From positions 448,001-512,000 of the forward strand of contig CAWKDC010000001.1 in the NCBI GenBank assembly GCA_963848305.1: a DNA stretch of 64,000 nt, written 5' to 3'. Positions within the stretch are counted from its first letter, which is position 1. The number at the start of each line of letters is the position of its first letter. A model generated the notes under the pieces. That model saw nothing but the letters and a program-made list of their open reading frames with translations, was not told the origin of the DNA and ran no database searches. This stretch comes from an uncultured Gammaproteobacteria bacterium (lineage in GTDB: Bacteria > Pseudomonadota > Gammaproteobacteria > JABCZS01). The translations under genes and the position numbers were made by a program. This document shows, one piece after another, positions 31,967 through 43,887 of this stretch.

Positions 31967-33366
31967 TAAACTGCCACGGATCGCTCTCATCCAACTCTTC
32001 CCTGAACAAACGGCTGCGCCCTTGAAGCGGCGTCCAATCTGTGTATGCGCCGACCATGCGGCCTAAATAAGGGTTTGCAATTTCGAGCACAGTTTCATAT
32101 GGCAAGTCATCTGGATCTAAGATCCCCTCAAACGGATTTTTAATCGCCCACACCATCGCACCCAAAATGCCTGCGCCCACTTGCAAGCTCGTTGCAGTAT
32201 TGTAAGGTGCTAATTTGCGCGCTTCATGTACCGATAATTGCGACCCATACCAATAGCCCCCGAAATCATGGCCCATGAGCAAACCACCCAATTCATCAAT
32301 CCCTTCCACAATGTCTTTGCCAAGTACGCGGTGGGTTTCTTGCACTTCCATGTTTTTACCCGCCATTTCATGAATGGACAACACGGCTGCATCACAAGGA
32401 TGATAAGAATAATGCACAGTAGGACGGTAAACCACTTCATCATTGTCTTTCACGGTGAAATAATCTGCAATAGAGATAGATTCTCCATGGGTGATCAGAA
32501 AACCATGAAACGGTCCTTCCAGCGGTGTCCAACTACGCACACGCGTTAACACACCAGGGCGCTCCAAACAGATCGCGGCATCGCAGCCAAAGTCATGTCG
32601 ATAGCCATCATGCGGAAAATGTTTTTCATGCGAGCCCCAACCCAACTCTGCCGGTTGACAACCTTCGCTCACAAATCCATCCACAGACCATGTGTTCACA
32701 AATTCATTGACGCGCTTTTGAGGAGAGGCTACTTGTGTGTCACGCTCAGCGCAATGTATCACTTTGATCTTCAGCTTGTGTGCCAACGCAGCCCATGCTT
32801 CGCGTGTGGTGGGCCTTTCGGCAGGCATGTCTAGATCGTTTGCAATCGTGATCATGGCCTGTTTCACCCAGTGGGAAATCAAACCAGGATTGGCGCCATG
32901 TGCAGAAATGGCGGTGGGGCCGGCGGGTAAGCGTTCACGCAAGGCGAGCATTTTTTCACGGATCGCATAGTTGCTCCGCTCAGAGAGACTCAAGGAAGGA
33001 TCTGTGTAGCCACCGGGCCAAGGTTCAATGCAGGTATCGAGATACAATGCGCCTAGTTCGTTACACAACTCCATTAAGGCAATACTAGAGACTTCCACAG
33101 AAACATTCAAGAGAAAATCCCCTGGGCCCCAATAAACTCCCCAAGACGGATTCATAATTCTCTTCCGTCAACGCATTGACAACGAAATTGATGCCATACG
33201 ATAACGCTTCTTCATGACCACGGTGATCAGCCGTCACGATGGTGATTTGCTCAGGTCCCATATCAATATGTCGTAAAATCAACGGCAACACCCCTTGCCC
33301 GATGCTCCCAAACCCCACCATGATGATTTTCCCCGTGAATACAACGTGTTTCTTATCGAGCATCAT
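31947..33366 (-). CDS. hss: homospermidine synthase (frameshift near 33127)
   Basis: GFGSIGQG, HGANPG, NTWSVDGF, QPAELGWG, YRPTVHYSY across two overlapping ORFs. Confidence 0.92.
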
Positions 33367-33514
33367 CCCACTTCACTCCTACAACAACTGAGCATGAAGT
33401 GTACATTAAATGAACAGAAACGCCAAGCTTTGTGATATTATCTGTTGCTTGAAACTCGAAAAAAGGCTAAGATGATTGGGCTGGCCGCACATCAACAATG
33501 GAGTGTTGTATTCA

Positions 33515-34216
33515 ATGTCCACTTTCTTATTAAAAGGCTCTCAATACACGCTCACTGCGTTACAGCTCCTTTCGCTCGATTATAAAACCTTCAAAGAACA
33601 ACTTGCTGAAAAAGTAAGCCAAGCACCAAAGTTTTTCAACCGTACGCCCGTCGTGATTGATCTGCAACGTGTTGCCAGCCTGCCCGTCGCCATCCAGTTC
33701 GAACAACTCTTCAGTATTATTCGTGAACATGGGTTGGTGCCCGTGGGCGTTCGAGGTGGCACACCGGAACAGCAATCACAAGTCAGTGAGATGGGTTTGG
33801 CTATTCTGCCTGAATCTAAAACCGAAAAATCCGAAGCTACACCTGCACCGGAGCCTCCGCCTGAAGCGCCCGCCAAAGAAATCACTTCACAGAACATACT
33901 CATCACGCAACCCGTCCGCTCCGGGCAACAAGTGTATGCACGCGGTGGCGATTTGGTGATCATCGCGTCTGTGAGTGCTGGTGCAGAAGTGCTCGCGGAT
34001 GGGAACATCCATATTTATGGTTCATTGCGCGGTCGCGCATTGGCCGGCGTAAATGGTGATGCCAACGCACGTATTTTTTGTCAATCACTGGAAGCCGAGT
34101 TGGTCTCAGTGGCAGGACAATATTGCGTGAGTGAAGACTTGCGAGGTCCCCACTGGGAAAAAGCGGTCAGCATCGCATTACAAGGCGAGCACTTGCAAAT
34201 ATCGCCTTTGTCATAA
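33515..34216 (+). CDS. minC: septum site-determining protein MinC
   Basis: PVRSGQQVYA, DGNIHIYGSLRGRALAG. Confidence 0.95.
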   Translation: MSTFLLKGSQYTLTALQLLSLDYKTFKEQLAEKVSQAPKFFNRTPVVIDLQRVASLPVAIQFEQLFSIIREHGLVPVGVRGGTPEQQSQVSEMGLAILPESKTEKSEATPAPEPPPEAPAKEITSQNILITQPVRSGQQVYARGGDLVIIASVSAGAEVLADGNIHIYGSLRGRALAGVNGDANARIFCQSLEAELVSVAGQYCVSEDLRGPHWEKAVSIALQGEHLQISPLS

Positions 34217-34248
34217 ATACTTCAATTACTTTGTAGAAGGATCCTATC

Positions 34249-35085
34249 TTGAACAACACAACTCAACAAAAACGCCCTTGCCAAGTGGTGGTGATCACCT
34301 CCGGTAAAGGCGGTGTGGGTAAAACCACCACCAGTGCAGCCGTCAGTACCGGCCTTGCGGAACTTGGCTTTAGAACTGTTGTCATTGACTTTGACGTAGG
34401 CTTACGTAACCTGGATCTCGTCATGGGTTGTGAACGCCGTGTAGTGTACGATTTCGTGAACGTGATTCAAGGTGAAGCCACTTTAAATCAAGCGTTGATC
34501 AAAGACAAACGCAACGAAAATTTATATATCCTTCCCGCATCACAAACACGCGACAAAGACGCACTCGATAAAGATGCCGTCGGCCGCGTGATTGAAGAAT
34601 TGAAAAATTCCTTCGATTACATCGTGTGCGATTCCCCTGCCGGGATTGAAAGCGGTGCGTTGATGGCACTTTATTATGCTGATCTCGCCATTGTGGTCAC
34701 GAACCCAGAAGTCTCCTCTGTGCGCGATTCCGATCGTATTCTCGGCATTCTGGCAAGCCGCTCATTGCGCGCAGAAAAAAACCTGCAGCCAATCCGCCAA
34801 TTCATGTTGGTCACTCGCTTCTGCCGAACCCGTGCCGCCAAAGGCGACATGATGTCCGTCAAAGACATTCAAGATATTTTGGGCGTGCCCTTGCTGGGCG
34901 TGATCCCCGAATCCAAAGCAGTCCTTCGCGCATCCAACGAAGGTGTTCCTGTGATTGTGAACAAGGAATCCGATGCAGGCCAAGCTTACATGGACGCTGT
35001 TCGCCGCTTATTGGGCGAAGAGATCCCCATGCGCTTTGTCGACAAACCCACCCTTCTTGAACGTATTTTTGGGGCAACAGAATAA
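34249..35085 (+). CDS. minD: MinD ATPase
   Basis: SGKGGVGKTT, DFDVGLRNLD. Confidence 0.97.
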   Translation: MNNTTQQKRPCQVVVITSGKGGVGKTTTSAAVSTGLAELGFRTVVIDFDVGLRNLDLVMGCERRVVYDFVNVIQGEATLNQALIKDKRNENLYILPASQTRDKDALDKDAVGRVIEELKNSFDYIVCDSPAGIESGALMALYYADLAIVVTNPEVSSVRDSDRILGILASRSLRAEKNLQPIRQFMLVTRFCRTRAAKGDMMSVKDIQDILGVPLLGVIPESKAVLRASNEGVPVIVNKESDAGQAYMDAVRRLLGEEIPMRFVDKPTLLERIFGATE

Positions 35086-35087
35086 TG

Positions 35088-35345
35088 ATGAGCATATTTG
35101 ATTTCTTCCGTGCCAAGGCTCAAGCGCAACCTTCCACGGCCAGTATCGCCAAAGAGCGCCTTCAAATCATTGTGCAGCACCAACGCGGCAATCAAGAGAA
35201 CGTTGATTTTATGCCAAAATTGCAGCAAGAGTTGTTAGAAGTGATCAGCCGTTATGTGAACGTTGATCCCAATTTGGTGAAAGTCGCGTTAGAAAGAAGT
35301 GATGAGCGCTCGGTGTTAGAGTTAAATATAACATTACCGGGGTGA
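35088..35345 (+). CDS. minE: MinE
   Basis: TASIAKERLQII, VLELNITLP. Confidence 0.95.
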   Translation: MSIFDFFRAKAQAQPSTASIAKERLQIIVQHQRGNQENVDFMPKLQQELLEVISRYVNVDPNLVKVALERSDERSVLELNITLPG

Positions 35346-35350
35346 AAATT

Positions 35351-35377
35351 GTAAGGGCGCAGCATACTGCGCCCTTA
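35351..35377. repeat. REP-like palindrome between convergent genes
   Basis: GTAAGGGCGCAG-CATA-CTGCGCCCTTA; half copy at 55925-55944. Confidence 0.7.
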
Positions 35378-35401
35378 AAACATCCCTGCACAATTTCATC
35401 A

Positions 35402-36394
35402 TCAAAGCCATTTCAACCATCGCAGCGTGAATAACACGCTGAGCGCAATCATGCCCATGCCGGATAGAACAAACCAAAAACTGTACAGTCCATTTTCAGC
35501 AGGCAGATGAAAATTCATCCCAAAAAGCCCAGTCAAAAAAGTGAGTGGCAGGAAAACAAATGAAATGATCGTGAGCATGCGCATGATTTCGCCAGTGCGA
35601 TAGGCTGCATCCGCCTGAATACTGGCAATGATGCTGTCGAGTAAATAGCGTGACGAATCGATGGTTTCACGAATATTCACAGATTCTCGCATCAACTGCA
35701 TAAAGGAAACACGCGCTTCATCGCTGATTTCATGTGTTTGCTTGGAAGTGAGCATCAATAAAATAATTTGCAGATTCGCATTCAACTTCTTCAAGGTTAA
35801 AATATTGTATCCTGCAGCAGCAATTTTGTTGATATTTTCAGCATGATCACCCTTAATCAAACCAAATTCCAAAGCATCTAGGAAGTTATCACCCGTCAAA
35901 TTTAACCGTGCATAATTATATAAACAATGCTGAAACAATAAAAAAACGATAAAACCAGCTGTTTTTCCGGCCAATTTAAAATTTTCATCATAACCTTCAT
36001 GAACATAATTAACCAGATCAAGCGGCTGTTGGTGATACGTGATCGTAAATCGTTTGCCAATCAGCACTAACAATGGCAAATGCCGAAACTCCTGCAGATC
36101 GCGGCTGGTATCACCTAAAGATTCCGCATTTTCAATGTCATAGAGGTAAAACGAAATTGCAGCCGGTGTGTCGTGAATATGCGGTAGAATTTCTGGGTTA
36201 TTAAAATGATCTGTCCATTTGGAATAGATGGACAACGTTTCTATGAATTGTTGCAAAGCGCCTATATTCGGATCAGTGATATCCGCCCAGAAAAACAGAT
36301 TCGGCTCATTCCATAACTGTTTGAGCCGCGCTTCGTCAATGACTTCAGTCTGTTTTGTGTTCGTATCGAAAGAGACAATGTTGAGTCCGTTCAT
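35402..36394 (-). CDS. corA: CorA-family Mg transporter
   Basis: FLPLTFLTGLFGMNF. Confidence 0.88.
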   Translation of the reverse strand: MNGLNIVSFDTNTKQTEVIDEARLKQLWNEPNLFFWADITDPNIGALQQFIETLSIYSKWTDHFNNPEILPHIHDTPAAISFYLYDIENAESLGDTSRDLQEFRHLPLLVLIGKRFTITYHQQPLDLVNYVHEGYDENFKLAGKTAGFIVFLLFQHCLYNYARLNLTGDNFLDALEFGLIKGDHAENINKIAAAGYNILTLKKLNANLQIILLMLTSKQTHEISDEARVSFMQLMRESVNIRETIDSSRYLLDSIIASIQADAAYRTGEIMRMLTIISFVFLPLTFLTGLFGMNFHLPAENGLYSFWFVLSGMGMIALSVLFTLRWLKWL

Positions 36395-36402
36395 ATTGTT
36401 TC

Positions 36403-38755
36403 CTATTCAAGACCGAGCCAAGTTTCAACAACAGTATCCGGGTTGAGTGACATACTGCCGATATGTTGTGCCAATAACCACTCTGCAAAATCTGGGTAAT
36501 CAGAGGGGCCTTGACCACAAATACCATTATACTTCCCGAGACGATGACAAGTTTCAATCGCTCGGGCAATCAACATTTTAACAGCAGGATTTCGCTCATC
36601 AAAACTTTTCGCTACCAAACCAGAATCCCTGTCTAAGCCGAGGGTTAATTGGGTTAAATCATTGGAGCCGATCGAAAAGCCATCAAAATATTGCAAAAAT
36701 TCTTCTGCCAATAACGCGTTAGACGGGATTTCGCACATCATGATTAATTTTAGACCATGTTCGCCCCTTTTCAATCCATGGCGCGCCAATACTTCTATCA
36801 CTGCTTTCGCTTCTTCAATGGTGCGAACGAAAGGCACCATCAATTCAACATTATCAAATCCCATGTCTTCACGGACTGATTTCATCGCTTCACATTCCAT
36901 CGCGAAACAAGCTTCAAAATCAGGATGCACATAGCGTGATGCCCCACGATAACCAATCATGGGGTTTTCTTCTGACGGCTCATATTCTGAACCCCCTATC
37001 ATATGGGCATATTCGTTGGATTTAAAATCGGATAAACGTACAATCACTGGTTTTGGATAAAATGCAGCAGCGATGGTCGCAACGCCCTCCTTCAATTTAT
37101 CCACATAAAAATCGCGTGGACTGGCATAACCTGAGATAGCATTGCTGATCGTTTCTTTTAGTTTGGGTGATAACGTATCGACATTCAACAAGGCTTTCGG
37201 GTGAATGCCAATCATGCGGTTGATCACAAATTCTAATCGAGCAAGACCCACACCGTGATTCGGCAATTTTTGAAAATCGAAAGCACGATCAGGGTTGCCG
37301 ACATTCAGCATGATTTTGACAGGGATTTTAGGCATTTTTTCCACATCAATGTCTTTGACTTCGAATTTCAAAGCACCTTGATACACATACCCAGTATCAC
37401 CTTCTGCGCACGACACCGTCACCATTTCACCTGGGCGGATCTTTTCCAGTGCATTACCACACCCAACCACAGCCGGAATCCCGAGTTCACGTGCAATGAT
37501 AGCCGCGTGACATGTACGCCCGCCTCGATTCGTGACAATGGCTGATGCGCGTTTCATCACGGGTTCCCAGTCAGGATCCGTCATGTCTGTGACCAATACA
37601 TCGCCAACTTGTACGCTGTTCATGTCTTGCAAACCTGCCACCACACGCGCAATCCCTTGGCCAATTTTTTGACCAATCGCGCGGCCTTCCGTTAAAACAG
37701 CCGATTTTTCAAGCAACTCATAACGTTGCATGGTTTGCCCTTCTTGTGAAGTCACTGTTTCGGGACGTGCTTGAAGGATATACAACTTGCCATTCACACC
37801 ATCTTTCGCCCATTCAATGTCCATAGGCCGATTGTAATGTGCTTCAATCGACATGGCAAAACGCGCCAATTGAGTTGCATCTTCGTCGGTCAAACAAAAC
37901 TGTTTTTGATCGGCTGCAGGAACGTCGACTATCTTCACGCGCTCTGCTGGGTTATCAGAGTAAACCATTTTAATCGCCTTGCCGCCAATTTTTCTGCGGA
38001 TCACCGCCTCTTTTTCTTTTTTCCAGCGCGATTTTGGAGACATAAAATTCATCGGGATTCACAGCTCCTTGCACCACCATTTCACCCAGACCATAACTGG
38101 CGGTAATGAAAATAACCTGATCAAAACCCGACTCGGTATCAACCGTGAACATCACGCCACTCGAGGCTAAATCACTGCGCACCATTTGTTGTATGCCCGC
38201 CGACAATGCCACCTGTTCGTGCGTAAAACCTTGGTGAATACGATAAGTGATGGCTCGATCGGTGAACAGTGAAGCGAACACAGTTTTAATGGCAGACATC
38301 ACCCCATCAATGCCATGAACATTCAATAACGTTTCTTGTTGTCCTGCGAATGAAGCATCCGGTAAATCTTCTGCCGTGGCAGATGAACGAACGGCAACTG
38401 TAAACCCTTCTCCGAGTTGATCGCAGAGTGTTTTATAAGCTGCTGCCACGTCTTGTTGGAAATCAGCTGGGAAAGGCGTGTCTTCAATGGCTTGACGGAT
38501 CCGCTTGCCTGCCGCTTGCAGCGCATCAATGTTGTTGATATCTGTTTTGTCCAACAATTCATAAATCATTTTGGACAAACCAGATTGTGCCAGGAACTGC
38601 CGGTATGCCTCTGCTGTGGTCGCAAAACCCGTCGGTACATCAACCCCAGCTGCACTTAAATGGCGAACCATCTCGCCTAACGAGGCATTTTTGCCACCGA
38701 CTGTCTCGATATCACTCAGTTGAATTTCATTGAACCATCGTACGTTCTGAGACAT
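36403..38755 (-). CDS. ppsA: phosphoenolpyruvate synthase (frameshift in A-runs near 38010-38022)
   Basis: [40 protein letters not shown]. Confidence 0.96.
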
Positions 38756-38814
38756 TTTTCCCTCGCAAGCCTTATAACAGGATATAATTGTACCAAACTT
38801 ATGGGAGATACAGG

Positions 38815-39633
38815 ATGCAACGTTACGTTTTTTTTATATCCGATGGCACGGGCATCACGGCTGAAACCCTGGGCCAAAGCCTGATCTCCCAATTTGCAGG
38901 CATTGAGTTCATACATAATACCCTGCCCTACATCGACAACCTCGACAAGGCCAAAGCGATTGTCCAGCAAATCGACGATATTGTCACGCATGAAGGCGAG
39001 AAACCGATTGTCTTCATCACGCTGATCGATAAATCCTTGCGCGAATGTATTGGCACCAGCCAAGGCGTGACGATCGACCTGTTCAGTGTGTTCATCCCCA
39101 AACTGGAAGCTGAACTTGGCATACCTGCCAGCGGCGAAAAAGGCCGCTCGCATGGCGTGCATGACAATGCCCAATATTATGCCCGAATTGAAGCCATCAA
39201 TTATACCCTTTCAACCGACGATGGATTGAACCCTAATTACTATGACAGTGCTGATGTGATACTACTCGGTGTCTCGCGCAGTGGTAAAACCCCAACCTCT
39301 CTTTATCTTGCCATGCATTTTGGGATTGCAACCTCCAACTATCCCCTCACCGATGATGATTTGTCTGATGGCGTGTTGCCCAAGGTCATGCGTCCCTATG
39401 CTAAAAAATGTTTTGGCCTAACGATTGACCCCAAACGCCTACAACAGATCCGCATGCAGCGGCGTGGAGATGGCAATTATGGCACGCTCGCACAGTGTGA
39501 ACGGGAAGTTCGGCAAGCCAAATCTATTTTTGATCACCATGATATTCCCATGTTGGACACGACCCAATTGTCCGTTGAAGAAATAGCAACGCATATCGTG
39601 GTCGCCATGAAATTGGTTCGGAAAATCGGCTGA
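38815..39633 (+). CDS. ppsR: PEP synthase regulatory kinase/pyrophosphorylase
   Basis: ISDGTGITAE, GVSRSGKTPTSLYLA; divergent from ppsA. Confidence 0.94.
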   Translation: MQRYVFFISDGTGITAETLGQSLISQFAGIEFIHNTLPYIDNLDKAKAIVQQIDDIVTHEGEKPIVFITLIDKSLRECIGTSQGVTIDLFSVFIPKLEAELGIPASGEKGRSHGVHDNAQYYARIEAINYTLSTDDGLNPNYYDSADVILLGVSRSGKTPTSLYLAMHFGIATSNYPLTDDDLSDGVLPKVMRPYAKKCFGLTIDPKRLQQIRMQRRGDGNYGTLAQCEREVRQAKSIFDHHDIPMLDTTQLSVEEIATHIVVAMKLVRKIG

Positions 39634-39718
39634 AATTAATTCACGCCATCATTCATTTTTATTTGCACGGCTAAGAAACCGACATCTATACTGAGTATCA
39701 CCTGCCTCAGCGGTACCC

Positions 39719-39913
39719 ATGAAGGCAACTATAAAAAATGGAGATGACAACATGAATGAATATGTGGATTCACTGCCTTATCTAGAAATAAATGAAAGTA
39801 GTCAACCAACCGACAACTGGGACTTAATGCACATTGTCCATGTTGTTCAACGCAACCCCTTGAAACAAGTGCAAAAATTCAGTTATATGCATACGGTTAA
39901 GATAGCTCGCTGA
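39719..39913 (+). CDS. small hypothetical protein
   Basis: Short ORF; GGAG RBS before internal ATG at 39752. Confidence 0.3.
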   Translation: MKATIKNGDDNMNEYVDSLPYLEINESSQPTDNWDLMHIVHVVQRNPLKQVQKFSYMHTVKIAR

Positions 39914-40002
39914 TGTAGGATGAGCGTGCAGCACCACAGATAAGATTTCCTTGATAATGTAAGACGGTCTGAGACTGGCCTGGGGAACCCCAGGCCAGCC
40001 AC

Positions 40003-40642
40003 TCATGCGCAATGAGGCGTCACCACCAACTGAACCCCAAATTCCTTCAACTGCTCAATCGTGTAAGGCGCGTCATGAGCAGGCTCTGCCGTATTGGCCA
40101 ATAAAGGCACAGACAACGCCCGGGTGAGTATCCGATACTCCCCCTCATTCGATATACCATCAATGTAAATCATGTCGGCTCCCGCAGCGATGTAGGCCTT
40201 GCAACGCGCCAAAGTCGCTTCCAACCCATCCGTTTTCAAGCCACTGCAACGGGCCATCAGCACAAAACTGGCGTGTTTACGGGCCAGATAAAGCTTGTCG
40301 GAACCGGGCACACATGGCTTCAACGGTGAAGCGTTTTTGGTCGATATGATCATCCATATGAAGGCCCGCTGCCCCAAGGGCTTCCAGGGCAACCAGCATC
40401 TCACAGAGATGGTGGATCCCTTTTGTGGCATCGACTAACACCGGTAATTGGGTGGATTTAACCAATTGATGGGCATCAACCACGGCATTACGCAGGGTGG
40501 GGGGGGTGAGGTGTAGAGCTTGCGAACCTGCCTGAGCTGCCTTTAAGCCAATCTCCACGTTGGGCGTGGCTGTCAGGTGCAGAAAACCAGTTTCCCGCAA
40601 AATATCACGGAGTTTTTCTCCAGGGTATCGAATGGTGTCCAT
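40003..40642 (-). CDS. degenerate ICL/PEP-mutase (PrpB-like) protein, frameshift near 40290
   Basis: LPVLVDA, FVLMAR, RCKAYIAAGADMIY, VPLLAN; lacks the KRCGH loop. Confidence 0.7.
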
Positions 40643-40684
40643 GCGCGTCCTTGTGCATTTGTTTTAAAAAACATTGAGTTGAAA

Positions 40685-40807
40685 TCAGAGACCTGGCATC
40701 GTGGCCAACCAATAGACAACGCCCGCCGTGAGGGTGAGGATAATCACCAATGCCGTGATCCCATCCACCATGTCATCTGAAAGGCCTTTCTTTGTTTCTT
40801 TCGTCAT
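40685..40807 (-). CDS. 40-aa single-TM membrane protein
   Basis: MTKETKKGLSDDMVDGITALVIILTLTAGVVYWLATMPGL with AGGAG RBS. Confidence 0.6.
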   Translation of the reverse strand: MTKETKKGLSDDMVDGITALVIILTLTAGVVYWLATMPGL

Positions 40808-40863
40808 TGGAAAAATCTCCTGAATATGGTTGTGATGATAATACGCAAAACTTAAATTTGCAA

Positions 40864-43800
40864 CTAACGTTTCGAAATGAATGTGTACGCGACGGGTACA
40901 ACCAACAATGAAAACAGCGTGCCAAACAACATGCCGCCCACGATCACCCAACCCATTTGACTCCGAGACACGGCCCCTGCTCCACTGGCCAACGCCAAGG
41001 GAATAGCGCCCAGCACCATCGCGCCTGTCGTCATCAAAATAGGGCGTAACCGCATCACGGCGGCTTCACTCACTGCTTCAAATGTATCGAGGCCTTTGGC
41101 CGATAACTTATTGGCCACGTCGGTGATCAGAATACCATGTTTGGTGATCAAGCCAATCAATGTCACAAAACCTATTTGGGTATAAATATTATTCGTGCCA
41201 CCTGTGATTTTCAACATGAGCAATGCGCCAATAATGGAAAAGGGAACCGTCAACATGATGATGAGAGGATCTCTGAAACTCTCAAACTGCGCGCTCAGGA
41301 CAAGGTAAATAAAGATCAACGACAGCAGCACTGTCATCACCATTGCACCACTGGACTCCATATAATCTTTCGTGAAGCCAGCCCACGATGTTTTGGCATT
41401 GGCAGGCAGTGCACTCAGAGAGATACTATCGATCGCTTCCACCGCATCACTGAGCGAATAACCCGGCGATAAATTCGCCGTTAAGCGCGCCGCCCTCATG
41501 CGATTATAATGCGGCAAGGTATTGGCACGCACCACGGGCTCAAGCGTGATCACCGCAGACAAGGGTACCATTCGCCCGGTTTTGGCACGCAGATATATAT
41601 GGTTGATTTGATCAGGGTTGGAACGCAAATCCTCTTTCAACTGAACCATCACATCATAATTTTCGCCACTCGATTCAAAATCACTGATGTGGCGTCCGGC
41701 AAATAAAATATTCATGGCATCATTCAAATCAATGAATGAAATACCCAAATTGCTGATCAAATCCCGATTGATTTTCACTGAAATTTGTTGACTGTCCATT
41801 TTCAAATCGGTTTGCACACTGTTCAAACCAGGATATTTTGATAATGCGGTTTGAAGACTTGTCATCACCTCCGCCAATTCTTCATAGGTGCCAGACATCT
41901 GGACAACCATGTCGATCGGTGTGTTGCCGCCGCTGCCGCTGTCAATCGGAGGCAAATCGATCGCAAATATTTGAGCACCCGGGATGCGCCACAGTTTTTG
42001 CTGAACGTCTTGCGTGATCGCGCTTTGTTTGCGTGACCGTTCGTCCCAAGGCTTTAAGACCAAGAATGCAATACCTGATTCCGTTCCGCCTGTGCCCGTC
42101 ACGACCACCAAATTTTCACGCTCAGGCGTGTCAATCAAAGCGGATTGCACACTCGTCATGATTTCATCTAAATAATTGAAACTTGAATTGGTGGGTGCTG
42201 AAACAGAAACAAATACAGCCCCCATGTCTTCAGTGGGAGCGAGCTCAGAAGGTAGCGTCGCAAATAAAAAACCACCCGCTGCAGCGATACCGATGAAAAA
42301 GAAAACCACCACCTTGCGACGTTGCAGAAAGAAACTCAGCCAGTAACGATAGCGATTATCCATGCGCTGCATAAAATGTTCAAGCCACACAGTATATCGA
42401 TTTTGCTCCAACTGTTTAGGCAGAATATACGCGCACATCATGGGAGACAAAGACAAAGCCACAAAGCCTGAAACGATCACGGCACCTGCCAATGTGAATG
42501 CGAATTCTCTGAAAATGGCACCCGTAAAACCGGGGGTAAAACCAATCGGCGCATACACTGCGGCGAGCGTCAATGTCATGGCGATAATGGCAAAGCCGAT
42601 TTCCTCGCTGCCCTTTTTTGCAGCCTCAACAGGCGCCATACCAGCCTCGCGGTATCTGAAAATATTTTCTAACATCACGATCGCGTCATCGACCACCAAA
42701 CCAATCGCTAACACCATGGCGAGCAATGTCATTGTATTGATAGAATAACCCAGTACATAAATAAGGCCGAACGTGGCGATTAAACATAAGGGAATGGTGA
42801 TGATCGGAATCAACGATGAACGCATCGATCCTAAAAATGCAAACACGACCAACACAACCAATACAATTGCTTCGTAAATCGTTTTATACACACCGTCGAT
42901 CGAAGACTTGATGAAAGTGGCATTGTCGAAGCTCACTGTTACTTTCATACCTTCTGGCAGGTTTTTTTCAAATGCTTCAAGACGCGCCTTTACTCCCGCA
43001 GATACATCCACAGGATTGGCAGTACTTTGCGGCACGACCGCCAGTACCAACGATGATTTCCCATCCACTCGCACCGCTGTATTTTCATCAAGTGGTCCAA
43101 TGTTCACATCCGACACATCACTCAAGCGCACCATTTTGCCCGCATCATCACGCAACACCAATGACTTGAATTCATCCACATGAGACAATTTCGTGTCAGG
43201 GTCGATGATCACATTGCGGTAAATCCCTTTGATATCGCCACTGGGCAGAGATTGGTTTTGTTCAAGCAGCACCTCTTTAATGTCGCCGACGGTCACTTTA
43301 CGTGATGCCATGCGCAGGGGATCAGGCCAGATGCGAACCGAATATTTTCGGGCGCCAAAAATATGGATGTTACCCACCCCTTCGACCTGTTGTAATTCGG
43401 TCTTGATGTAACGATCGATATAATCCGTTAAGGCGAGCGGATCACGGTTCACATCGCTGAATGAAATATAAATCGAGGGAGATGCATTGGGATCGGCTTT
43501 CGTGAGAACCGGATCATCGGCGTCGTCAGGCAAACGTTTGCGCACACGAGACAATTGATCACGAATATCATTCATACCCTCACTGATATTATAATCCGCG
43601 ACAAACGTCACCACGACAGAACTTCTACCCTGCCGGCTTTTAGACGAAATGACGTCTAACCCTTCCACGCCAGCAATTGCGTCTTCGATAGGGATAGTGA
43701 TTTGCTTTTCGATCAATTCGGCGTTTGCGCCCGTATATGACGTGGCAATTTCAACGGTGAATTGCTCTGTCTTCGGCAATTCACGTACTGTCAGTCGATC

Positions 43801-43887
43801 AAAACCAATGTACCCGACAATCAGCAAAACAAGGTTGATGACGATGGCCAATACCGGCCGCTCAATACACAATTGTGATAAACGCAT
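40864..43887 (-). CDS. RND efflux permease (AcrB/MexW-like)
   Basis: IERPVLA, AIGLVVDDAIVMLENI, RLRPILMTT. Confidence 0.95.
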   Translation of the reverse strand: MRLSQLCIERPVLAIVINLVLLIVGYIGFDRLTVRELPKTEQFTVEIATSYTGANAELIEKQITIPIEDAIAGVEGLDVISSKSRQGRSSVVVTFVADYNISEGMNDIRDQLSRVRKRLPDDADDPVLTKADPNASPSIYISFSDVNRDPLALTDYIDRYIKTELQQVEGVGNIHIFGARKYSVRIWPDPLRMASRKVTVGDIKEVLLEQNQSLPSGDIKGIYRNVIIDPDTKLSHVDEFKSLVLRDDAGKMVRLSDVSDVNIGPLDENTAVRVDGKSSLVLAVVPQSTANPVDVSAGVKARLEAFEKNLPEGMKVTVSFDNATFIKSSIDGVYKTIYEAIVLVVLVVFAFLGSMRSSLIPIITIPLCLIATFGLIYVLGYSINTMTLLAMVLAIGLVVDDAIVMLENIFRYREAGMAPVEAAKKGSEEIGFAIIAMTLTLAAVYAPIGFTPGFTGAIFREFAFTLAGAVIVSGFVALSLSPMMCAYILPKQLEQNRYTVWLEHFMQRMDNRYRYWLSFFLQRRKVVVFFFIGIAAAGGFLFATLPSELAPTEDMGAVFVSVSAPTNSSFNYLDEIMTSVQSALIDTPERENLVVVTGTGGTESGIAFLVLKPWDERSRKQSAITQDVQQKLWRIPGAQIFAIDLPPIDSGSGGNTPIDMVVQMSGTYEELAEVMTSLQTALSKYPGLNSVQTDLKMDSQQISVKINRDLISNLGISFIDLNDAMNILFAGRHISDFESSGENYDVMVQLKEDLRSNPDQINHIYLRAKTGRMVPLSAVITLEPVVRANTLPHYNRMRAARLTANLSPGYSLSDAVEAIDSISLSALPANAKTSWAGFTKDYMESSGAMVMTVLLSLIFIYLVLSAQFESFRDPLIIMLTVPFSIIGALLMLKITGGTNNIYTQIGFVTLIGLITKHGILITDVANKLSAKGLDTFEAVSEAAVMRLRPILMTTGAMVLGAIPLALASGAGAVSRSQMGWVIVGGMLFGTLFSLLVVPVAYTFISKR

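Noticed and set aside
39975-39998. Strong hairpin as a small RNA
   Set aside because: Lies between convergent ORFs; best explained as a terminator or stabilising stem
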